DNA of 51,414 nucleotides from Clostridia bacterium (GTDB lineage Bacteria; Bacillota; Clostridia; Christensenellales; UBA3700): contig JAIDUT010000073.1 in the NCBI GenBank assembly GCA_029060065.1, positions 1-51,414 of the forward strand, in the 5' to 3' direction. This document shows, in pieces, positions 8,301 through 16,341 of this stretch. Made by a program: the position numbers and the translations under genes. Every line of letters starts with the position of its first letter. Positions within the stretch are counted from its first letter, which is position 1. Below the pieces are notes generated by a model. The model had not been told where the DNA came from and made no database searches. It was given only the letters and a program-made list of their open reading frames with translations.

Positions 8301-9031
8301 ACGAAAATTCCATTAAAGAACTTATTGACAGTTTTATAGAGTATCGCAACCTTATTGCGCCTTTGCAGGACAGTTTGCATTTGGTAAGCAAGACCTACGA
8401 AGAGATAAGGAACGACCTTGACGACCTTAACAAAAGTTTTTCCGGCAATGCCGTAAATCAGCTAGAAAAAGTTCACGCTACAATCAACGCGCAAGCGAAG
8501 AGCGGGCAGGAACTTAGCAGGAGAATTGAAGAGTATTCTCAATCAGGCGAGAAATACGCGCAGGCAGTCAAGGATATGTCTTCGAGATTTTCCGAAGTTG
8601 TCAACAAGATTGATACGCTAAGCGAAATCGAAAAAACTGCGCAAAGTCAACTAGAGCGAATAGATACGCTTATATCGGAAAAGCGTTCTTCGTACGACCT
8701 CAGGGGATTGCAGAAATCGCTGGACAGTTACAATACCAACGTCGAGAAGATAAGCGATTTTATCAATAAGGATATAGCGTCCGTATTAAAGCAAAACGCA
8801 GAAAAGATAGAGGCTATTCGCAAAGAAAACGAGGAGCTTTCGGCGGTTGTCGCCGAGCAAGGCAAGAATATAGCCATTCTCGTCACCGAGTTTTCAAATA
8901 CTTCCGCGCTACTGAAGAAGTTGGTAGAGGGTAGTACCGTCAACGAGGAGTACTTGTTCGATGCATTCGATAAATGGGCGTCTGACAGAAAGGTGAAAAT
9001 CAAGAAAAAAGACAGTGTTGCTAAAGATTAA
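8297..9031 (+). CDS. coiled-coil protein (hypothetical)
   Basis: ATGA overlap with the helicase stop, and a GAGGAAAAG SD. 244 aa, heptad-rich and Glu/Lys/Ser-rich, with no TM helix and no recognisable motif. Confidence 0.5.
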   Translation: MNENSIKELIDSFIEYRNLIAPLQDSLHLVSKTYEEIRNDLDDLNKSFSGNAVNQLEKVHATINAQAKSGQELSRRIEEYSQSGEKYAQAVKDMSSRFSEVVNKIDTLSEIEKTAQSQLERIDTLISEKRSSYDLRGLQKSLDSYNTNVEKISDFINKDIASVLKQNAEKIEAIRKENEELSAVVAEQGKNIAILVTEFSNTSALLKKLVEGSTVNEEYLFDAFDKWASDRKVKIKKKDSVAKD

Positions 9032-9056
9032 AATAGGATAAATCAATTTAGAGAAT

Positions 9057-11153
9057 ATGGCGCAATCGATAGAAGATAGCTTGCTTCAAGCTATAAAAAA
9101 AGACGATATAAAGGCGTTCGACGCTTTAATGGAAAAAGCTCAGTGCGGGGCATACCGACTGGGTAGATTTCCCGTGCTTTCACTTTTGTATCTTTATAAA
9201 TCGCGCAAGATACTTTCTGCATATGAAGAGATGTTCCTGAAGACGACAAACTCCGTTACGCTAAGCGAACCTGCGGAAATTTCCAAGAAATTTTCCGCTA
9301 AGGCAGGTAAGTGTCTGAGATTGTATTTCAATGAAGTTGTATCTCCCCTTGAAATGCTGTTGATATTGGACAAAACAAAGCATTTGAAGAAAGTATATCC
9401 AATGACCAACTTATCTTCGGCGGTCAAGGAACGACTTAAATCTATTTATTACATCAGGTATTCGTTGAGCGTGAAATTCGAGGGCAACGAAATTATTATA
9501 GAAAGACGACCGTTAACTTATCGCGAAAAGAAAAGGCTGGCTACTATATGTTTAAGCGCGGTTTTAGTAATCTTAATTGTCATCGGCGCGTCAGTTACCA
9601 CGTCTATTATTTCGCCTAAACGTCTTGATAAATATATAGACTTAAGCTCTAACGAGGAGTTTATCCTTGAACATGACGTATATGTGCCGAGGAACTATTC
9701 TATAGAAGAAATCAACTGCAGTATTGTCGGCAATGGGCATAAGCTGATTTTCCGTAAAGGAGCGACTATTAAGACATTCAATGGGAAGATGTCGGATTTG
9801 ACAATAGAATGTTCGGGCAATGCGATAATTAATACGATTTCTCAATACGCTACTCTTGAAAATGTTACGGTAAACGTAAATGCCAATGTTACTACGGCAA
9901 AGAGCAACGCATTTGTCGCAATGACCAACTACGGTTCTATAGACGGAATTAAGGTTAACGTGAGCGGAAGGCTTACTACGGCAAAAGAAGTTGACGGAGA
10001 AATTACAATAGGCGGAATAGTTTACGGTAACGCGGGAACTGTTAAAAACTGCGTAGTCAACTATTCTCGATTCTCGCTTGACGGAAGGGCTAATACGAGC
10101 GCCAACTCCTCTTTCGGTGGAATGGTGGGCATCAATGTCGGAAATGTGCAGGGTTGCTCCGTCACTGGTAAAATTACCGCAGATACCTTTGACGTTGTCG
10201 GCGTATGCTTGGTCAATAACTACGTGATTTCAGATACCGTCAATAAAGCCGATATATCGCAGACTTCAGCCAATGCAGGTTGGAGCCCAATCGCTTGCGG
10301 TATTGTGTCAAGAAACTATTATTTAGTTAAAAACTGCGAAAACTTAGGAAGTATTTCAGCGACTTCAAATTGCGGACAGATAGGGGCAGACGATGTAGCG
10401 CCCTCCGCTACGTCGGCAGGCATAGCTTATCTAAACGGAGTATATAAAAACGGCATTAACGCTTCAATTGAGAAATGTAAGAATAGCGGTGAGATTTCCG
10501 CTATCAGCAACGGCGAAGTGTATATAGGCGGAATTACCGCAACTTCATACGGATATATTTACAATTCTATTAACAGCGGTAATATCACCGTAAAGGCTCA
10601 TACCGTATACGCAGGCGGAATTTTGGGCTTCAGCCAAGTGGCAATCGATTCCGGCTACATTTATTTTTCTACCGTGGATAGTTGCATAAGTCAAGGCAAA
10701 ATCAACGTGAAGTCAGACGATACAGCTTACGTTGGGGGTATAGTCGGACAAATAGCCGAAATGGAAATCGAGCAATATAAGGTTGACGAAGACGGTAATT
10801 TTATAAAAGACGAGAACAATCAATATGTAACGGAAACCGTATTCCGTGGCGGTCGTGTGAAAAACTGCTATTTCACGGGAGAGTATACTTCCGAGGTCAA
10901 GTATTTTGGCAATATCGTCGGGGCATGCGGAGCAAATATATATCGAGAGAACTCATATACTTCGGGTACATCCGAGCATAGAAATTTTGAAGATAATTAT
11001 TATTTGGCTAATTCATTTAGCGCATTTGGAGCGACGGTATCGGGCGACGACATTGCTAACGCAGTCGAAGATAAGGGCGCGACTTCTGCGACGCTAGAAG
11101 AGATACTAAATTCAAAGGCGTACAAATCCATAATTGACAATTTCGATAACTAG
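9057..11153 (+). CDS. single-pass membrane protein with extracellular GLUG-motif repeat domain
   Basis: About 165 aa of cytoplasmic N-terminus, a TM helix (LATICLSAVLVILIVIGASV), then repeated xNCxxxGxI...GGIVG units (VKNCVVN, VQGCSVTGKI, VKNCENLGSI, IEKCKNSGEI..YIGGITA, YAGGILGF, YVGGIVGQ, VKNCYFTGEY). Confidence 0.6.
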   Translation: MAQSIEDSLLQAIKKDDIKAFDALMEKAQCGAYRLGRFPVLSLLYLYKSRKILSAYEEMFLKTTNSVTLSEPAEISKKFSAKAGKCLRLYFNEVVSPLEMLLILDKTKHLKKVYPMTNLSSAVKERLKSIYYIRYSLSVKFEGNEIIIERRPLTYREKKRLATICLSAVLVILIVIGASVTTSIISPKRLDKYIDLSSNEEFILEHDVYVPRNYSIEEINCSIVGNGHKLIFRKGATIKTFNGKMSDLTIECSGNAIINTISQYATLENVTVNVNANVTTAKSNAFVAMTNYGSIDGIKVNVSGRLTTAKEVDGEITIGGIVYGNAGTVKNCVVNYSRFSLDGRANTSANSSFGGMVGINVGNVQGCSVTGKITADTFDVVGVCLVNNYVISDTVNKADISQTSANAGWSPIACGIVSRNYYLVKNCENLGSISATSNCGQIGADDVAPSATSAGIAYLNGVYKNGINASIEKCKNSGEISAISNGEVYIGGITATSYGYIYNSINSGNITVKAHTVYAGGILGFSQVAIDSGYIYFSTVDSCISQGKINVKSDDTAYVGGIVGQIAEMEIEQYKVDEDGNFIKDENNQYVTETVFRGGRVKNCYFTGEYTSEVKYFGNIVGACGANIYRENSYTSGTSEHRNFEDNYYLANSFSAFGATVSGDDIANAVEDKGATSATLEEILNSKAYKSIIDNFDN

Positions 11154-11162
11154 TAATATAAT
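11134..11162 (+). promoter_or_regulatory. consensus sigma-A promoter for the histidine kinase, embedded in the 3' end of the GLUG gene
   Basis: TTGACA (11134-11139), a 17-nt spacer, then TATAAT (11157-11162). The ATG at 11172 lies 9 nt after the -10 box, with no SD. Confidence 0.55.
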
Positions 11163-11171
11163 ATAACTGAT

Positions 11172-12911
11172 ATGAAAAACAAGATTTTGAGAAGAGTTAT
11201 ATTGATAATGACGGTAGCGGTGTTCGTTACCGTTGCTTTGACTTTCTTTCTTTTCAATATCTATACTATCAATTCTATAAAAGATTTTCTTCAACCTGAG
11301 ACGGAGTTTATTGCGGACAAGCTCAAAGACGTAGACAGTTTTGACGACATAAGTTCTTTACTTGGGGACGAGAATGAAAAAGAAGACGTATTTAAGATAG
11401 TAGTCTTTGACTTTAATAAAAACGCAGTTTACGTAAACACGCCCGTTGATTTAGATTTGGGACGCAGAGTTGTCAGACATTTAGATAAAGCCGTAAGCGA
11501 CGGAGATAATTTTTTCTTAGGCAGTACGTATCAATCGGGTATGGCTATCAACTATGCCGTTAAAGTAAATAATGAGAACATAGAGGGCGGTTATCTCATT
11601 CTTATGTGTTCCATAGACGTTATCTACAATACGGGACCGTATTTTCTTATCGTCGGCATTGCCGTGCTAATTTGGGCGGGCGTAATACTTTTGTCATACT
11701 TTGCGTTGACGCTCAATATGAAGTTCGCGACGATACCTTTTGAAAAACTCGAAGGCATACTTGTAGATATTAATAACGGCGAGTATACGCCAATGCAAGT
11801 GCCGGAAAAACTCAACTTTCCGGAGTTTAAGGCGGTTTTGACTAAGGTCGACGACGTAGCCGGCGAAATTGCCAAAAACCTTGTCAATTTGCAATACGAG
11901 CAGAAGAAGTCGTCAATACTTCTTCACTCTGTCAATCAAGGCATTATCGTCGTATCTCCCAGCGGAAGAATAGTTCTTAACAACAACGTGGCATTGCAGA
12001 TATTCGGCAAAGAAAACGACGCAGTCGGCGTTGACCTTGGTTATCTTGTAGACAATGAAGATTTACTTGCTTCGCTTAAGCAATCGCTTGAAGATAAGAA
12101 ATGTTACGTAGGCGAAGTTGGCATAGGCGAAGAGATATACAGAGTTGAGACAAGTTTTGATACCGTAGAGGACGAAGTAATTGCCGGCGACGTAATGGTG
12201 ATAATATTAACCAACGTAACTATCGAGGTCAACAACGCAAAGATTAGAAGCGAGTTTTTTGCCAACGCTTCTCACGAACTCAAGACACCGCTGACGGCAA
12301 TCAGCGGATATTCCGAGCTTATGACAATGGAGGGCGTATCGCAAAAACAGCTTGACGTGTGCATAAGGGAAATCAATTCCAACGCAGGTAGAATGAAGAC
12401 TCTCATAGACGACATGCTTAAACTCTCCAAATTGGATGCAGATATGGACAACGAAGAGCAATCGACTACGGATATGGCAAAACTCTGCGAAGAAGTCGTA
12501 ATGGACCTTAAGGGTGTCGCCGACAGCAAGGGAGTACGGCTTGAAGTGTCAGGAAAAGCCAAATTATTATGCAGACCTAAGATGATTGCAACGCTTGTGA
12601 CCAATTTGGTCAACAATGCTATCAAGTACAACAAAGACGGCGGATACGTAAAGATATGTTTAAGCGAAAGTAAAGACGGAGTTACGCTTAAAGTCAAAGA
12701 TAACGGTATAGGTATCGCAAAAGAGCATCAAAGCAGACTTTTCGAGAGGTTCTATAAAGTCGATGCGTCGCGCACTTACATCAACGAAAGTTCTACCGGA
12801 CTTGGACTTGCTATAGTAAAAAGAATTGCCGTTATTCACGGCGCGAAGATTTCGCTCAAGAGTGAATTGGGAGAGGGAAGCGAGTTTGCGGTTGTATTTC
12901 CAAGCCGTTAA
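11172..12911 (+). CDS. sensor histidine kinase (PhoR/VicK-like)
   Basis: Two TM helices flank a periplasmic-type loop. H-box FFANASHELKTPLTAISGYSE, N-box NLVNNAIKYN, G-boxes DNGIGI and GLGLAIVKRI. Confidence 0.9.
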   Translation: MKNKILRRVILIMTVAVFVTVALTFFLFNIYTINSIKDFLQPETEFIADKLKDVDSFDDISSLLGDENEKEDVFKIVVFDFNKNAVYVNTPVDLDLGRRVVRHLDKAVSDGDNFFLGSTYQSGMAINYAVKVNNENIEGGYLILMCSIDVIYNTGPYFLIVGIAVLIWAGVILLSYFALTLNMKFATIPFEKLEGILVDINNGEYTPMQVPEKLNFPEFKAVLTKVDDVAGEIAKNLVNLQYEQKKSSILLHSVNQGIIVVSPSGRIVLNNNVALQIFGKENDAVGVDLGYLVDNEDLLASLKQSLEDKKCYVGEVGIGEEIYRVETSFDTVEDEVIAGDVMVIILTNVTIEVNNAKIRSEFFANASHELKTPLTAISGYSELMTMEGVSQKQLDVCIREINSNAGRMKTLIDDMLKLSKLDADMDNEEQSTTDMAKLCEEVVMDLKGVADSKGVRLEVSGKAKLLCRPKMIATLVTNLVNNAIKYNKDGGYVKICLSESKDGVTLKVKDNGIGIAKEHQSRLFERFYKVDASRTYINESSTGLGLAIVKRIAVIHGAKISLKSELGEGSEFAVVFPSR

Positions 12912-13019
12912 ATATGCTTAAACTGCATACATGACTTGAAAAATAAAATAAGTACAAACTAACCGCTATAGGTTAGAAGTATAATTGAATTTGAAAATAA
13001 ATAATACGAGGTATAAATA

Positions 13020-13973
13020 ATGAGTTATCCTATGAAATTGATACCTGCCACCGTTGAAGCAGTATGGGGCGGTACAAGACTTATGGACGGTAAGTGGAAT
13101 AAAAAAGGACTTGGCGCAAATATTGCCGAGAGTTGGGAACTTGCGTGCCATGAAAAGGGCGAGAGCGTGGTCGTGAACGGCGAATTTTCATCTCGCAAAT
13201 TATCCGGCGTTTTGCAAGATAATCCTGAATTTTTGGGAAAGAAAGGTAAGGAGTTCTCATTCTTTCCAATACTCGTTAAACTCATTGACAGCAAGAGCAA
13301 TCTCTCTATTCAGGTTCACCCCGACGACGAGTACGCTTTGAGGGAAGAGGGCGAATACGGTAAGACGGAGATGTGGTATATCGTCGACGCAAAGAAAGGC
13401 GGAGGCGTATATTGCGGTTTCAAAGAGCCTATCTCAAAAGAGCAACTTGCTAAAGCGTTGACGGAGGGGAATATTACTGACTATCTCAATTTTATCGAAG
13501 TGGAGAAGGGCGATTGTCTGTTTATACCTGCGGGAACGGTACACGCGATTTGCGGAGGAATATTACTTTGCGAAGTTCAGCAAAATTCTTCAATAACTTA
13601 TAGGTTATACGATTATGACAGAGTTGATGACAATGGCAACAAAAGACAGTTGCATATTGACAAAGCCATAGAGGTGACGGATACTTCAAAGGTTGTTAAA
13701 GCCAACGAGAATTCCGTAAGAGCGGATGGAAATACGCTTACGCTTGCAAGTTGCAAGTACTTTACGGCAAGCGAAATTACATGCGAAGAAGAATATTCTT
13801 TTGAAGTCGACGGCGATTCGTTCGTATCAATGACAGTTGTGGACGGTAGCGGAGCTATTATGGCGAAAGGCGACTGTATTTCACTAGACTTGGGCGATAC
13901 GGTATTCTTGCCGGCAGGTCTTGGTAAAGTGGATGTATACGGAAATCTAAAAGCAATCAGCGCTAAGGTGTGA
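13020..13973 (+). CDS. manA: mannose-6-phosphate isomerase, class I
   Basis: LSIQVHPDDEYA, GKTEMWYI and LFIPAGTVHAI are the cupin/PMI type I signature motifs. Confidence 0.85.
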   Translation: MSYPMKLIPATVEAVWGGTRLMDGKWNKKGLGANIAESWELACHEKGESVVVNGEFSSRKLSGVLQDNPEFLGKKGKEFSFFPILVKLIDSKSNLSIQVHPDDEYALREEGEYGKTEMWYIVDAKKGGGVYCGFKEPISKEQLAKALTEGNITDYLNFIEVEKGDCLFIPAGTVHAICGGILLCEVQQNSSITYRLYDYDRVDDNGNKRQLHIDKAIEVTDTSKVVKANENSVRADGNTLTLASCKYFTASEITCEEEYSFEVDGDSFVSMTVVDGSGAIMAKGDCISLDLGDTVFLPAGLGKVDVYGNLKAISAKV

Positions 13974-13975
13974 CA

Positions 13976-14971
13976 ATGCAGACAAAGATAGTAACTCTAG
14001 AGCAAGGGCTTGAAGAAGCAGTCCGATTAATTAAAAGCGGTGAGGTCGTGGCTTTCCCGACGGAAACGGTTTACGGACTTGGCGCCAATGCGTTTGACCC
14101 AAATGCCGTACGCAAGATATTCGAGGCAAAGGGCAGACCTATGGACAACCCTCTCATTGCGCATATAGCGGATATTTCTTGGATAGATAGACTTGCCGTT
14201 GATATTTCCGACAACGCAAGAGCTGTGATAGAAGCATTTATGCCAGGACCTATCACCGTAATTCTCAAGAGGTCAAAGGAAGTACCCGACGAGGTTACTG
14301 CAGGGCTTGATACGGTGGGAATACGCTTTCCTAAGCACAGTGTGGCAAGGGAATTCATAAAAGCTTGCGGAGTACCTCTGTCGGCTCCGTCGGCTAATAC
14401 TTCCACAAAGATTTCGCCCACAAGCGCTCAGCATGTTTTTGATGATATGCAAGGCAGAATACCGCTTATACTGCAAGGTGGAGAATGCGAAGTAGGCATA
14501 GAGTCCACTATAGTCGATATGACGGTAGACGTTCCGACCATATTGCGTCCCGGCGCTATTACGGCAGATATGCTTGTTCAAGTTCTTGGCAAGGTCAAAA
14601 ATTTTGACGGTAAGATAATAGTAGCCAAAGCCCCGGGAATGAAGTATAAGCATTATGCTCCGAGTTGCGAAATGGTAGTAGCGACAAGCGAAGAAATCGC
14701 TTCGTACGAGTACGGTAGACAATTTGGAATTGGCAATAATCCCGTTATAATCGCTAAAAACGACTTCTTGCAGGGGCTTGACGACCCTGACTTTTTCCAT
14801 TTTATCCGTCTCGGCAGTAGCGACGAGGACGCAATGCGTAATATCTATCGAGCTATGCACGAAGCGCAGGAAAAGTATAACTATATTATCTGTCAAGATT
14901 TTGGAGAGGAAGGAATAGGCGCGTCGATAATGAACAGAGTAAACAAAGCCAGCGGAGGTAAACGTATATGA
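13976..14971 (+). CDS. tsaC: L-threonylcarbamoyladenylate synthase (Sua5/YwlC type)
   Basis: FPTETVYGLGANAFD, KIFEAKGRPMDNPLIAH and SAPSANTS, plus a Sua5 C-terminal domain. GTG 13970 is an alternative start. Confidence 0.85.
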   Translation: MQTKIVTLEQGLEEAVRLIKSGEVVAFPTETVYGLGANAFDPNAVRKIFEAKGRPMDNPLIAHIADISWIDRLAVDISDNARAVIEAFMPGPITVILKRSKEVPDEVTAGLDTVGIRFPKHSVAREFIKACGVPLSAPSANTSTKISPTSAQHVFDDMQGRIPLILQGGECEVGIESTIVDMTVDVPTILRPGAITADMLVQVLGKVKNFDGKIIVAKAPGMKYKHYAPSCEMVVATSEEIASYEYGRQFGIGNNPVIIAKNDFLQGLDDPDFFHFIRLGSSDEDAMRNIYRAMHEAQEKYNYIICQDFGEEGIGASIMNRVNKASGGKRI

Positions 14972-15417
14972 AGATTTTGTTTGTATGTACGGGCAATACG
15001 TGCCGTTCGCCTATGGCGCAAGCAATATTGCAAGAGAAGATAGATAAAGAGGGTTTGACGGACTTTGAAGCCGACAGCGCCGGTATTTTTTGCGGATACG
15101 GCGAGCCTATGAGCGGACATACGGCTCAGATAATCGACGATATGGGGTTATTCTTTACCCATACCTCCCAACCTGTTACGCCTAATTTGCTTTCTAATTG
15201 CGATATGGTCGTCACGATGACGAAAGAGCATAAAAATATGCTTGTCGGTCACGTTGAAGAAAGTAAACTCTTTAGTTTTGACGAACTTACAGGCAATGGG
15301 GATATTGCCGACCCATACGGCGGAGATAGCGCGGATTACCTTGCAGTAGAAATGCAGTTGCGACGAGGTATGGACGCAGTGGTAGCAAAGGCAAAATCAT
15401 TACTTGAAATGCAATAA
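14968..15417 (+). CDS. ywlE: low-molecular-weight protein phosphatase (YwlE-like Arg/Tyr phosphatase)
   Basis: The CX5R P-loop is ILFVCTGNTCRSPMAQ. ATGA overlap with tsaC. The tsaC-ywlE-rpiB order matches the Bacillus ywl locus. Confidence 0.8.
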   Translation: MKILFVCTGNTCRSPMAQAILQEKIDKEGLTDFEADSAGIFCGYGEPMSGHTAQIIDDMGLFFTHTSQPVTPNLLSNCDMVVTMTKEHKNMLVGHVEESKLFSFDELTGNGDIADPYGGDSADYLAVEMQLRRGMDAVVAKAKSLLEMQ

Positions 15418-15484
15418 TTTACAAAGTAATTAGTAAAATTTTTATTAATTGTTGTATATTATAAAGAAATAAAAAAATTAGGAC

Positions 15485-15513
15485 TTGCATAATTTTGGAA
15501 ATTATGCTACAAT
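15485..15513 (+). promoter_or_regulatory. sigma-A promoter upstream of rpiB and the V-ATPase genes, with a 9-bp inverted repeat filling the spacer
   Basis: TTGCAT (15485-15490), a 17-nt spacer, then TACAAT (15508-15513). GCATAATTT (15487-15495) pairs with AAATTATGC (15499-15507). Confidence 0.6.
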
Positions 15514-15546
15514 ATTTCAGTACAAAAATATAGTTTAGGAGTACTT

Positions 15547-15996
15547 ATGAAGATTGCAATAGGATGTGACCACGGCGGTATAGTTTTGAAACCAATCGTA
15601 AAAAAGGTTTTAGAAGAAAATGATATTGAAATAATCGATATGGGATGTTTCGATACCAAGTCGGTGGATTATCCCGATTACGCGTTGAGCGTTGCGGAAG
15701 CGGTATCTAAAGGCGAGGTTGACAGGGGTATTATCCTTTGCGGAACGGGTATAGGAATAAGCATAGCCGCTAATAAAGTCAAAGGCGTGAGAGCCGCGGT
15801 ATGTCACGATTTGTTTACCGCGCAAATGTGCGCTCAACATAACGACGCAAATATCCTTTCTATCGGCGGAAGAGTGGTTAGTGAAGAACTCGCAGGTCAA
15901 ATGGTACAGACTTGGCTTGATACCCCGTTTGAGGGCGGAAGACATAATAGTAGAGTTGCGAAGATAAGCGAGATAGAGAATAAGTATTTCAAATAA
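15547..15996 (+). CDS. rpiB: ribose-5-phosphate isomerase B
   Basis: MKIAIGCDHGG and ILCGTGIGISIAANKVKGVRAA are the RpiB/LacAB signature. Confidence 0.9.
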   Translation: MKIAIGCDHGGIVLKPIVKKVLEENDIEIIDMGCFDTKSVDYPDYALSVAEAVSKGEVDRGIILCGTGIGISIAANKVKGVRAAVCHDLFTAQMCAQHNDANILSIGGRVVSEELAGQMVQTWLDTPFEGGRHNSRVAKISEIENKYFK

Positions 15997-16014
15997 TTCG
16001 ACGGAGATGTGAGT

Positions 16015-16341
16015 ATGATTGAAGAGATGATAGACAGTATTATCGAAGCTGAGGACAAAGCGCAAGAAATTGTCAAAGCATCGGTCAACGAGTCGAATAA
16101 TATCGTGAGCGAGGCAAAAGTCAAAGCCGACGCTTTGATTGTAAACGCCAAGGATGAACAGTACGCTAAAGAACAATCGGCTATAGAGGCGGGAGAAAAG
16201 AAAGGCGCGGAGTTGAGGCAGGCTCAACTTGAAGAAGCTCAGAAGCAGGCTGACGCTATGATTGCTACGCTGGAAAAGAATAAGAAGAAAGTCACTGTAA
16301 GTATTATCAAAGAGTTAAAAGGTAAGTATGGCATTAAGTAA
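16015..16341 (+). CDS. ntpF: V-type ATPase peripheral-stalk coiled-coil subunit (position of E. hirae NtpF)
   Basis: About 108 aa, all-helical and Ala/Glu/Lys-rich. It is the first gene of an operon whose order matches ntpFIKECGABD. ATG 16015 lies after ACGGAGA. Confidence 0.6.
   Translation: MIEEMIDSIIEAEDKAQEIVKASVNESNNIVSEAKVKADALIVNAKDEQYAKEQSAIEAGEKKGAELRQAQLEEAQKQADAMIATLEKNKKKVTVSIIKELKGKYGIK

Noticed and set aside
4873-11171. The cassette as a mobile element or genomic island
   Set aside because: I found no integrase or transposase, no flanking direct or inverted repeats, no tRNA attachment site, and no obvious compositional break at either border.
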